Source: Candidatus Bipolaricaulia bacterium | GTDB taxonomy: Bacteria > Bipolaricaulota > Bipolaricaulia > RBG-16-55-9 | Assembly (NCBI GenBank): GCA_042219045.1 | Contig: JBDGQO010000004.1 | Coordinates: forward strand, 2,975-47,677 | DNA length: 44,703 nucleotides | Direction: 5' to 3' | Shown: one piece after another, positions 8,435-16,640 of the stretch | Position numbering within the stretch: the stretch's first letter is position 1 | Layout of the letters: the number at the start of each line of letters is the position of its first letter | Made by a program: the position numbers and the translations under genes | The notes under the pieces: generated by a model | The model's input: the letters and a program-made list of their open reading frames with translations, nothing else | What the model was told of the DNA's origin: nothing | Database searches by the model: none

Positions 8435-8615
8435 ATATTATTGTAGTGAGAGAAAGCGGCATCTTCGGGCAGGCGGCAGTGTCGGTAACTTACTCATATT
8501 TTAACTTGCCTGAGCGAAATGTCAAAGCGGCGCATCGCCAAGCCTCAGTGACGCCAAATGAGACCCTTCTCCAGCCCGGATCAATAGCCCATCAAGTCGT
8601 TGTGTTCGTGACGTT

Positions 8616-8941
8616 ATGACGATCGCCACGCCGGAAGTCGTGACCGACCGGCTCATCGAACGGCTCATGGCCGTCTACGGCGAAGCGTCCCCGCAAGGCG
8701 CTGAGGAGCGAGATCCCATTTTCCGTCGACATCTCCAGCGGGAAGGGCTCGTGCTACGGTTTGCGATCGCCCACGGCGCCCAGGACGAGATTGTGGGATT
8801 CGCTTATGGCATGACGGGTCGCTGGGACGAGTGGTGGTTCCGCCAATCTTGCCCTATCTCACCGACGAGCAGCGCAGCGCTTGGGCGAGTGACTCCGTCG
8901 CCGAGCTCCATTGCGCATCTCTAGCTGCTGACTTGACGTAG
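8616..8941 (+). pseudogene. Frameshifted, truncated GNAT acetyltransferase
   Basis: FRRHLQREG...IVGFAYG...EWW in one frame continues as ILPYLTDEQRSAWASDSVAELH in another; the acetyl-CoA-binding C-terminal half is missing. Confidence 0.6.
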
Positions 8942-8984
8942 AGCGTCGCTTGGGCTATACTTTGTTAGTTGGCGAAGTGACAAA
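8933..8984 (+). promoter_or_regulatory. arsR promoter with putative ArsR operator
   Basis: TTGACG (8933)-17 bp-TATACT (8956); imperfect inverted repeat TTTGTTA...TGACAAA just downstream. Confidence 0.65.
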
Positions 8985-8989
8985 TCAAT

Positions 8990-9352
8990 ATGGATCGGTT
9001 GGTCAAGGTCGCAAAAGCGTTGTCGGACGAGAGTCGGTTACGTGCCCTCGGCCTGCTTGAACCGGGCGAGCTGTGTCTCTGTCACTTGATTGAGGTAATC
9101 GGGCTGGCCCCATCAACCATGTCCAAACACATGCAGCTGCTCGTTGACGCCGGGCTCGTGCAACAGCGGAAGGCCGGCCGCTGGCGCTACTACCGACTGG
9201 CCGGAACGGGGGCACCGGTGGAAGCGCACGACGCGCTCGCCTGGGTTCGCGCGTCGCTCCGCCAACAGCCGCGCGTTGAAGCCGATTTGCGACATCGTGA
9301 GGAGGCGCTCAGCCGCGACGTGGATGAGCTCACCGCCTGCTACCGCAATTGA
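8990..9352 (+). CDS. arsR: ArsR/SmtB family metalloregulator
   Basis: KALSDESRLR, ELCLCHL (ELCVCDL-type alpha3 site), STMSKHMQLL...GLV...GRWRYY. Confidence 0.92.
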   Translation: MDRLVKVAKALSDESRLRALGLLEPGELCLCHLIEVIGLAPSTMSKHMQLLVDAGLVQQRKAGRWRYYRLAGTGAPVEAHDALAWVRASLRQQPRVEADLRHREEALSRDVDELTACYRN

Positions 9353-9412
9353 AGGCTCTCTCATGCCTTGCGGGGCTCGTCCGGGGGTTGTGCGTCCGAA
9401 GGGAGGGTGCCC

Positions 9413-10291
9413 ATGGCCGGATGCGGTAACGAGTCGGACCGAGGCCGAGACGGCACGGCCCGCGACCAAGTGAGACAAGACTATTCCCAAATCGTAAGCG
9501 AGGCCGACCCGAACGACAGCGGGACGGGCAAAACCGGGTGCTGCGATAACGAGGCGACGAGCGATCGGGCGACATGGGTGGCCGAGGCACTCGGCTACGA
9601 CAGCGAGACGCTGGGGCAACTTCCCGACGACGCGAACTTGGGCCTCAGCTGTGGCAACCCCACTGCGGTGGCCGCGCTCCAGGAAGGGCAAGTCGTGCTT
9701 GATCTGGGATCCGGCGCGGGGTTCGACTGCTTCGTCGCCGGGCCCAAGGTCGGCGCCAGCGGGCGGGTGATCGGTGTCGACATGACGCCCGAAATGCTGG
9801 CCAAGGCACGCAGCAATTTGGACGACTACCAAGCCCGCACGGGCCTGGCAAACGTCGAATTCCGTTTGGGCGAGATCGAGCACATCCCAGCTGCGGACCG
9901 CAGCGTGGACGTCATCATCAGCAACTGCGTTATCAACCTCTCGCCCGCCAAGGCCCAAGTCTGGGCGGAGGTGGCTCGGGTGCTCAAGCCGGATGGGCGC
10001 GTGGCGGTCAGCGACATGGCGCTGTGGCAGCCCTTGCCCGAGAGCGTCGACGACGTCGCCGGCGCGTGGTCGGGCTGCATTGCCGGGGCGATCGAGATGG
10101 CGGACTATCGATCCATCGTCGAAGCGACCGGCCTCACGGATGTGCAGATCGTGCCGCGGCCCGACCATGACGCTTCGATTGAGGCTTGCGAGGACCCGCT
10201 CTACCAGCAGCTTGCCGAGGCGCTGCCGCCGGGCATGGCCCTCACGGACTATCTCGCGAGCGTGGACGTCACCGCCCGTAAGCCGGGCTAA
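9413..10291 (+). CDS. arsM: Arsenite S-adenosylmethionine methyltransferase
   Basis: SD GGGAGG; N-terminal CC, NLGLSCGNP, LDLGSGAGFDC, GVDMTPEM, ISNCVINL, WSGCIAGA. Confidence 0.93.
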   Translation: MAGCGNESDRGRDGTARDQVRQDYSQIVSEADPNDSGTGKTGCCDNEATSDRATWVAEALGYDSETLGQLPDDANLGLSCGNPTAVAALQEGQVVLDLGSGAGFDCFVAGPKVGASGRVIGVDMTPEMLAKARSNLDDYQARTGLANVEFRLGEIEHIPAADRSVDVIISNCVINLSPAKAQVWAEVARVLKPDGRVAVSDMALWQPLPESVDDVAGAWSGCIAGAIEMADYRSIVEATGLTDVQIVPRPDHDASIEACEDPLYQQLAEALPPGMALTDYLASVDVTARKPG

Positions 10292-10292
10292 C

Positions 10293-10384
10293 TACTGATC
10301 ACCGCGAAAGTCCAGTCAAGTCAATTGCTGTCAGCGGGGTCAACGCTGCGACCGTAGGTTGACCCGCTTTTGCGGTGGTCTGTC
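10293..10384. mobile_element. MITE-like palindromic repeat, copy 3 (inverted relative to copies 1 and 2)
   Basis: TACTGATCACCGCGAAAG...CTTTTGCGGTGGTCTGTC, starting immediately after the arsM stop codon. Confidence 0.75.
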
Positions 10385-10481
10385 AATGTCGTCGACGCCA
10401 GACAGTTGGCGGAGATTCCGAGCGCTTATCGATAGCGACGGGACAACCTCGAGAGCTCAGAAGTTGGGGGCAAGTCGTGGG

Positions 10482-10556
10482 TGGTGGGCGAACCAGGATT
10501 TGAACCTGGGACCTCCTCCTTGTAAGGGAGGCGCTCTGCCGCTGAGCTATTCGCCC
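10482..10556 (-). tRNA. tRNA-Val(TAC), CCA encoded
   Basis: GGGCGAATAGCTCAGCGGCAGAGCGCCTCCCTTACAAGGAGGAGGTCCCAGGTTCAAATCCTGGTTCGCCCACCA folds as a cloverleaf. Confidence 0.96.
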
Positions 10557-10629
10557 TTCGCGATTATCCTAGCAACCACGGTTCGCGACCGCGAACGCGG
10601 AGCCGGGCATCGCCAAGCAAGGACCTCGA

Positions 10630-11787
10630 CTAAAAGCGCAACAGCGTCCCGATGCCGTCGTGTTCCGCCAGCTTGTCCGCCGCCTCCGCCTGGACGATCT
10701 CCAAGCCGCTGCCGTAGCGGCGCAGCAGCACCGGCAACAGCCCGCGCAGCGTCCCTCGCTTGAGCGAGGTCCCGTTGCAGTTCGGGCAGGCTTCGGCGTC
10801 GGCGGTCGTGACGTACTGGCAGTCGCCGCACTCCTGCAACGGCTCATCCAGCCGTCGATTGACGATGACCTGAGCCGCTCGACCTTCCTGGATCATCTTC
10901 AGCGTGGACGCCAACCCGACGCTGGCCTTGGCGCTAGTCGAGGCGCGCCCCAGCAGCTCGTCGACCAATTCCGTCTCGCGGGCCCGCTCGTGGGCTCGAA
11001 TGACCGGGACGCTCTCGCTCAGCACGTCCGGCGCCGGTGCGCCGACCCGAACGTTGACCTCCCCGATGACGCGGTCGGCCGCATCGCCGATGTTGGCCAT
11101 GAAGCGCTCGCGGGCGTCCTTCGGCCCGCCGATGAGGAGCCCTTCGGCCTCGTGCTGGGCGCGCATCTCGTGGAGCACCGGGACCGCGTCCTTCCAGAAG
11201 CGGTCCGTGTGTTCAGCCACGCGCTGTTCGTAAGCCTCGCGCTGGTTGCCGCCGCGCACGGACCCAACCGTCGGCGAGCCCTGGCGTTGCGAGGGAGGCA
11301 TCATGGCCTTTTCGCCCCACTCGCTCGTGTCGAGTGCCAGCTTGTGATGCGTCAGTTCAGTGATCTCGTTCATCACGGCGACGAAAAAGCGCATGGTCTG
11401 TGAGTCGACCAGCACGACGCCGTAGGGGCCGTACTCCTCGATCATCCACTCCAGTTGGGCCAGTTGCGGCCGACCCCACTGGATCTCGTTCTCGACGGGC
11501 ACTTGGAGGTGATGTTCGACGAACACGCCCGGGCCGACAAACGCCACCCAGGACTTGCCCTGGGGCCGGTGATCGGTGACATGGGCGTTGATCCGTTCGG
11601 CCGCCTCGCGGAACGCTTTCCGATCGTCGCCCTCGAGTTTCGCTTCGTGGTCCCTCAGCGCGTCCTTGAGCCAGATCCGGTGGGAGCCCTTCGGGTCTTC
11701 GGCCGGGTCGGTGTGCAAATAGACGCTCAGCAACGGGCCGGAGTCCAGCTCGTAGAGCTGTTCCAGATCGTCTCGTGTGAAAGCCAC
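10630..11787 (-). CDS. Bacterial archaeo-eukaryotic release factor 1-like protein (baeRF1) with Zn ribbon
   Basis: N-terminal LSVYLHTDP; central YGVVLVD...RFF, GGNQ loop, LLIGGP; C-terminal CGDC...CPNC insert and GIGTLLRF end typical of eRF1 domain 3. Confidence 0.82.
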   Translation of the reverse strand: MAFTRDDLEQLYELDSGPLLSVYLHTDPAEDPKGSHRIWLKDALRDHEAKLEGDDRKAFREAAERINAHVTDHRPQGKSWVAFVGPGVFVEHHLQVPVENEIQWGRPQLAQLEWMIEEYGPYGVVLVDSQTMRFFVAVMNEITELTHHKLALDTSEWGEKAMMPPSQRQGSPTVGSVRGGNQREAYEQRVAEHTDRFWKDAVPVLHEMRAQHEAEGLLIGGPKDARERFMANIGDAADRVIGEVNVRVGAPAPDVLSESVPVIRAHERARETELVDELLGRASTSAKASVGLASTLKMIQEGRAAQVIVNRRLDEPLQECGDCQYVTTADAEACPNCNGTSLKRGTLRGLLPVLLRRYGSGLEIVQAEAADKLAEHDGIGTLLRF

Positions 11788-11915
11788 GGTGATCCTTTCC
11801 CCTCAACTTAATGTCATGTCGTTTCCATGGTAGGCTTCCGCGCGATTGACTGCAAATCCGCACATGTTGGAAAATTATTGAATCTCGACAGGCGGATTCG
11901 CTACAATCGGTCGGC

Positions 11916-13418
11916 ATGCGGTTCCTTATTCGTTTCTCCGGCGAGGTGACCACCAAGTCTCGACCGACGCGGGCCCGGTTCATGCAGCTTTTGGCCCGCA
12001 ATATTCACGATGCCCTTGTCTCTGAGAACATCGACCACGAATTCGAATGGGAGTGGAGCCGGTTCTTCGTCGAGACGTCTCGACCGCGCGTCAAAGAGGT
12101 GCTCCAGCGCGTCTATGGCATCCAGTCCTTCAGCGAGATCCACTCGTACCCGTTTGCGGACCTGGACCAACTCGTCGCGGATGGCGAGTCGCTCTTCCGC
12201 GAGCACGTGCGCGACCGGACGTTCGCGGTCCGGGTTCACCGCGGGCATCACGATGTCCCCTTTGGCTCACCGGACGCGGAACGCGCGCTTGGCGCCGCGC
12301 TTTATCCCTATGCCCGGGGTGTCGACCTGACGACCCCGGAGGTCACGATCTATGTGGAGATCCGCGACGGCCAGGCGCACTTTTTCACCAAGCGCCATCC
12401 CGGCCCGGGCGGCTTGCCCATCGGCGCTGAGGGCCGCGCGACGTCGTTGGTCTCCGGCGGGTTCGACTCGGCCGTGGCGTCGTGGCTGATGCTCAAGCGC
12501 GGGATCGAGCTCGACTACGTCTTCTGCAACCTGGGCGGAGCTGCCCACCTCCAAGGCGTTTTGCGCGTCATGAAAGTGATTGCCGAGGAGTGGAGCTATG
12601 GCGTCCGCCCCCAGCTCCACGTCGTTGACTTCCGGCCGTTGATCCAGGACATGCAGGCCAAGACGTCCTCGCGCCACTGGCAGGTGCTCCTGAAGCGCTT
12701 CATGTACCGAGCGGCCGAGCGGGTATCCCGGGAAAAACCGAAGGCACGCGGGATCGTGACGGGCGAGGCGCTTGGGCAGGTCTCCTCGCAGACGCTGCCC
12801 AACCTCGACGTCATCTCGCGCGTGGCCGAGCTTCCCCTGTTGCGGCCGCTGGTGGGCCTGGACAAGGAGGAGATCATCGACCACGCGCGCGAGATCGGCA
12901 CGTTCGAGCTCTCGGCGGCCGTGCAGGAGTACTGTGCGCTCGTGCCGGGCAAGCCGACCACGCGGGCGAAGCTGGACGCCATTGAAGCGATCGAGGCGGA
13001 GCTCGATACGGAAGCCTTCGAGCGAGCGCTGTGCCAGCGGGAGGTCTACGACCTCCGCGACCTCGACGCGAGCGACCTGCGGAATCCGGACTTCGAACGG
13101 GCGGAGATCCCCTCCGACGCCCGGCTGATCGACGTGCGCTCGCCGCATGCCCAACGAGCCTGGCAGCATCCACGCGCCGAGCACTGGGACTTCTTCCACG
13201 CCATTTCGGATTATCCGAATTGGAACCGCGAGGGGACCTACGTCCTCGTCTGCGAGGTGGGGCTCAAGAGCGCGGACCTGGCCGAGCGCATGCGAGAAGC
13301 CGGATTCGACGCCTATTCGCTGCGGGGCGGCGTCAAGGCGCTCTACGAACAGGCCATGAGCGACGACGACATGCCCATCGACGAGCTTCCGGATGCGGCG
13401 ATTGCGCTTTATGAGTAG
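11916..13418 (+). CDS. thiI: tRNA 4-thiouridine synthase ThiI with THUMP and rhodanese domains
   Basis: IRFSGEVTTKS, GGLPIG, PP-loop SGGFDS, TGEALGQVSSQT, EYC, C-terminal rhodanese LVCEVGLKS. Confidence 0.95.
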   Translation: MRFLIRFSGEVTTKSRPTRARFMQLLARNIHDALVSENIDHEFEWEWSRFFVETSRPRVKEVLQRVYGIQSFSEIHSYPFADLDQLVADGESLFREHVRDRTFAVRVHRGHHDVPFGSPDAERALGAALYPYARGVDLTTPEVTIYVEIRDGQAHFFTKRHPGPGGLPIGAEGRATSLVSGGFDSAVASWLMLKRGIELDYVFCNLGGAAHLQGVLRVMKVIAEEWSYGVRPQLHVVDFRPLIQDMQAKTSSRHWQVLLKRFMYRAAERVSREKPKARGIVTGEALGQVSSQTLPNLDVISRVAELPLLRPLVGLDKEEIIDHAREIGTFELSAAVQEYCALVPGKPTTRAKLDAIEAIEAELDTEAFERALCQREVYDLRDLDASDLRNPDFERAEIPSDARLIDVRSPHAQRAWQHPRAEHWDFFHAISDYPNWNREGTYVLVCEVGLKSADLAERMREAGFDAYSLRGGVKALYEQAMSDDDMPIDELPDAAIALYE

Positions 13419-15142
13419 ACGGCATCCCGGGTCCGCTGACGCACGCGCAACGACCGGAGGCGATTGAGCGCGGCGGCCAGCTCAAAGCGCCGGAATTCGG
13501 CCAGGTCGCCCGTCACGAACGGCGATAGCACGTCCAGCCCGTTTTCGTCGACCTCGGCCATCAGGGCATCAAGGACCTCCGCCAAGGTTCGATCTCGATT
13601 CATGTGGCGCTCCTTGGCGTGCACGAGCGCCTGGGCGATGCCCCGCAGTTGGCTCTCGTCCGCCAGTTGGTGGACTGCGGAGAGGTCGATGGCGTCGCTG
13701 CCGAAGACGATCTCGTCGGTCTCGCGCGTCTTCAGCTTCATCTTGCCCTTCTTGCCCTTGGAGGGATCGATGCTATGGGGATCGGGGATCCGGGGCGCGA
13801 TCTCGCCGAACGCCTCGCCGCCTTCGGCCCGACGATCGGTGCGGTATTTGGCCGCGATGGCTCGGGCGTCGTCGGTGACGTCGTGCGGCCGGAAGTGCTC
13901 CATGGCGATCACGGTGTCGGCGACGTCGAAGTAGTCGCCGCTGCCGCCCATGACCAGGATGGACGACACGCCCCGATCATCGTAGAGTTGGCGAATCTTG
14001 TCGATAAAGGGCGTGATCGGCTCCTTGTCTTTCGCAATCAGCTCCTGCATGCGATGGTCGCGGATCATGAAGTTGGTGGCTGAGGTGTCCTCGTCGATCA
14101 GCAGGGTCGACGCGCCCACCTCGAGGGCCTCCACGATGTTGGCGGCCTGAGAGGTGCTGCCGCTGGCGTCCTCCGAGGAGAAATCGCGTGTGGAGCGGTC
14201 CTGAGGCAGGTTGTTGATAAACGGGGAGATGTCGACGCCGGTGACGCCGCGCCCGTCCTCGGCGCGGATGAAGACCGCGGCCGGATCGGAGACGACGAAC
14301 TCGCGGCCGTCGCGGGGCACGTGGTTGTAGACCCCGAGCGAGATCGCGCTCAATAGCGTCGACTTGCCGTGATAGCCGCCGCCGACGACGACCGACACGC
14401 CCGGCGGCACGCCCATGCCCGCAATCGGGCCGCCGTTCGGGCGATCCAGCTCGACGCTCAAGGAGGCGGGCGACTGGAAGGGAACGGCGCTATCGCTCAG
14501 CGGGCGATCGTCGACGCCGCTGCGTCGAGGGAGAATGGCGCCGTCGGCCACGAACGCCACGAGCCCGCGCTCCCGCAATTGATCCCGCAGCGCGTCCGCG
14601 TCCTCGGCCGTCTCGACGTGGCGTTGAAGGTCACGAGCGTCGAGGGCGCCGTAGAGCAACGCGTCCTGGGCAATGGCCGGGAGATCCTCGCAGAGCATGG
14701 CGGCGGCTTGTTTGCCCATCACTTTGCGGCCCTTGGCCGGAAGGCCGGCGACGAAGCGGGCTTCGACGATCTCGTCGTCGACGATCACCGACGTCCGCGC
14801 GAGTATCTCCTGGCTCGGCGTGTCGATCGCGATCATGCCGCTCTTGCCCGTGCCGCGGTTGGCGCTTGCCCGTCCGGCAGCGCGGGCAAACGCTCGGGTC
14901 AGATAGTCGCGCAGCGCCGTCTGCCGGCTCCTCGATTGGAAGGTCGATCGGGGAAATGCGGCGACGGACTGCGGAACCCGCACGCGCAGCTTGCTCGGGG
15001 CGGCGAAGGGATCGCCTTGCACGTGGTCGACGATGAGCTCGAACGCCTCGAAATCGTAGCTGCCCTGGATGTCCTTGTAGGCCTTGTAGCCGCGGCCGTC
15101 GATCCTCTCCAGCGTCCGTCGCAGATCGGTCGCATTGGCCAT
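13409..15142 (-). CDS. ABC-class ATPase domain protein (COG3044-like)
   Basis: DHVQGDPFAAPS, GGGYHGKST, RAEDGR, ASGSTSQAA, LLIDEDTSATNFM, AAALNRLR. Confidence 0.9.
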   Translation of the reverse strand: MANATDLRRTLERIDGRGYKAYKDIQGSYDFEAFELIVDHVQGDPFAAPSKLRVRVPQSVAAFPRSTFQSRSRQTALRDYLTRAFARAAGRASANRGTGKSGMIAIDTPSQEILARTSVIVDDEIVEARFVAGLPAKGRKVMGKQAAAMLCEDLPAIAQDALLYGALDARDLQRHVETAEDADALRDQLRERGLVAFVADGAILPRRSGVDDRPLSDSAVPFQSPASLSVELDRPNGGPIAGMGVPPGVSVVVGGGYHGKSTLLSAISLGVYNHVPRDGREFVVSDPAAVFIRAEDGRGVTGVDISPFINNLPQDRSTRDFSSEDASGSTSQAANIVEALEVGASTLLIDEDTSATNFMIRDHRMQELIAKDKEPITPFIDKIRQLYDDRGVSSILVMGGSGDYFDVADTVIAMEHFRPHDVTDDARAIAAKYRTDRRAEGGEAFGEIAPRIPDPHSIDPSKGKKGKMKLKTRETDEIVFGSDAIDLSAVHQLADESQLRGIAQALVHAKERHMNRDRTLAEVLDALMAEVDENGLDVLSPFVTGDLAEFRRFELAAALNRLRSLRVRQRTRDAVYS

Positions 15143-15241
15143 GGCGATCTCACCCGGGTTGTGCCGAGTTGTTGTGGGTTGTTGTCGCCTGTCTCAGAGC
15201 AGTCGTTGGTACGCAGGCGTTGTTCTGGAAGGATAGGGTAC

Positions 15242-16183
15242 TCAGCGGGGCTGATCAAGTTCGGCCCGGAGGGCACGCGCGGCGGCGAACGGGCCCCGTT
15301 CGCCGGCATGGACCTGCTCGCAGGCGTGTTCGAGCCGTCGTTGGCCCTCGTCGTTCCACAGCTCCTGGCGGAACGCCTCCTCCACGGCCGTCTGGATCAT
15401 CGTGGCCAGACGCGTCCGGCGCCGTTGGTGGATGCCCTCCTCGCCGAGCGACGCGTAGTGCTTGTCGAGCACGTTCTGGAGGCGTTCCAGGCCGTCCACT
15501 TGCGACGCCACGGTTTTGACGATCGGGGTGGTCCAGCCGCCCTCGGCGTGGCGCAGCGCCACCTGGAGCGCTTGAGCGGCCCGATCCGCGCCCTCTTGGT
15601 CGGCCTTGTTGACCACGAACAGATCGGCGATCTCCATTAAGCCGGCTTTGAGCGCCTGGACGGCGTCGCCGGACTGGGGCGTGACGACGACGCCGACCGA
15701 GTCCGCGGCGCGGACCACGTCGATCTCGGCTTGGCCGACGCCGACGGTCTCGTAGAGCAGGGTCTCGTAGCCGGCGGCCTCCAACAACAGCGACACCTCG
15801 TGGGTCACGCGCGAGAGCCCGCCCAAGCCGCCGCGCGTCGCCAGGCTGCGGATGAAGACGCCGGGGTCCCCCGCAAGGTCGTGCATCCGTACGCGGTCCC
15901 CCAACAACGCCCCGCCGCTGAACGGGCTTGTGGGGTCGCTGGCGAGGATGCCCACACTGGATTCCATCTGGCGATAGCGTTGGGCGAGGCCGCTGACGAG
16001 CGTGCTCTTGCCGGCGCCCGGCGGACCCGTGATTCCGACCCGATAGCTGGCGCCCGTCGCCCCGTAGACGGCGTCAATCACGTCCCGATAGCCCTCGTCT
16101 CGGTCCTCCACGATGGAGATCAGCTTGGCGAGGGCGCGAACGCTTCCGGCAAACAGCTCGTCGATCAGCGACTCGTGGGCCAT
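15242..16183 (-). CDS. meaB: MeaB/ArgK family GTPase (methylmalonyl-CoA mutase chaperone)
   Basis: GITGPPGAGKST, DPTSPFSGGALLGDRVRM, ETVGVGQ, KAGLMEIAD, NKAD. Confidence 0.93.
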   Translation of the reverse strand: MAHESLIDELFAGSVRALAKLISIVEDRDEGYRDVIDAVYGATGASYRVGITGPPGAGKSTLVSGLAQRYRQMESSVGILASDPTSPFSGGALLGDRVRMHDLAGDPGVFIRSLATRGGLGGLSRVTHEVSLLLEAAGYETLLYETVGVGQAEIDVVRAADSVGVVVTPQSGDAVQALKAGLMEIADLFVVNKADQEGADRAAQALQVALRHAEGGWTTPIVKTVASQVDGLERLQNVLDKHYASLGEEGIHQRRRTRLATMIQTAVEEAFRQELWNDEGQRRLEHACEQVHAGERGPFAAARALRAELDQPR

Positions 16184-16190
16184 GTCGGGG

Positions 16191-16640
16191 TCAATCGAGC
16201 GTCGGCTCCTGCGGCGCACGGAGGTAGGCGACAGCGCTCGCCTGCGCGAGCTCCAGCAGCTCGTCGACCGGGACCCAAGCCTGGATGCCCGTCGTGCCCT
16301 CAGTCTCTTTAACGACGGTGTAGCCCGACGGCAGCCCGTCTGCGTCGTCCGCCAGTTGGATCACAACGCGGGTCATGCGCCGGACCTCGAGTTCCTGCGT
16401 CGCGGTGTAGGAGTCCGTGTCCTCGGCGGTGGCCAAGTCGAACAGCGGCCGCTGGATCTGGCCCTCGTAGTCGCTCCACTCCGGCGCCTCCGTCGGTTGT
16501 TGTTGGTCCGTCTGGAGCTCGTCCATGGTGGCATCGTCGGGCCGCCAGAGCGATTCGACGTCGGTGAACGTCGCGACGGCCAGGCCGACGACGACCCCCA
16601 CCACTAGGATAACGATCGGCCCGAGCCGCTTACTCGCCAT
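16191..16640 (-). CDS. Membrane-anchored hypothetical protein, possibly subtilase prodomain-like
   Basis: N-terminal TM helix; C-terminal IQAWVPVDELLELAQASAVAYLRAP; overlaps the lysS stop. Confidence 0.7.
   Translation of the reverse strand: MASKRLGPIVILVVGVVVGLAVATFTDVESLWRPDDATMDELQTDQQQPTEAPEWSDYEGQIQRPLFDLATAEDTDSYTATQELEVRRMTRVVIQLADDADGLPSGYTVVKETEGTTGIQAWVPVDELLELAQASAVAYLRAPQEPTLD

Noticed and set aside
8265..8619. ORFs 8265-8504, 8374-8619 and the minus-strand ORFs over 8019-8462
   Set aside because: Non-protein-like composition and poor SD spacing; the region is better explained by the repeat and the structured RNA
3381..10384. Palindromic repeats as integron attC sites or a CRISPR array
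   Set aside because: No consistent RYYYAAC/GTTRRRY ends, no integrase or cas genes, copies are kilobases apart and one is inverted
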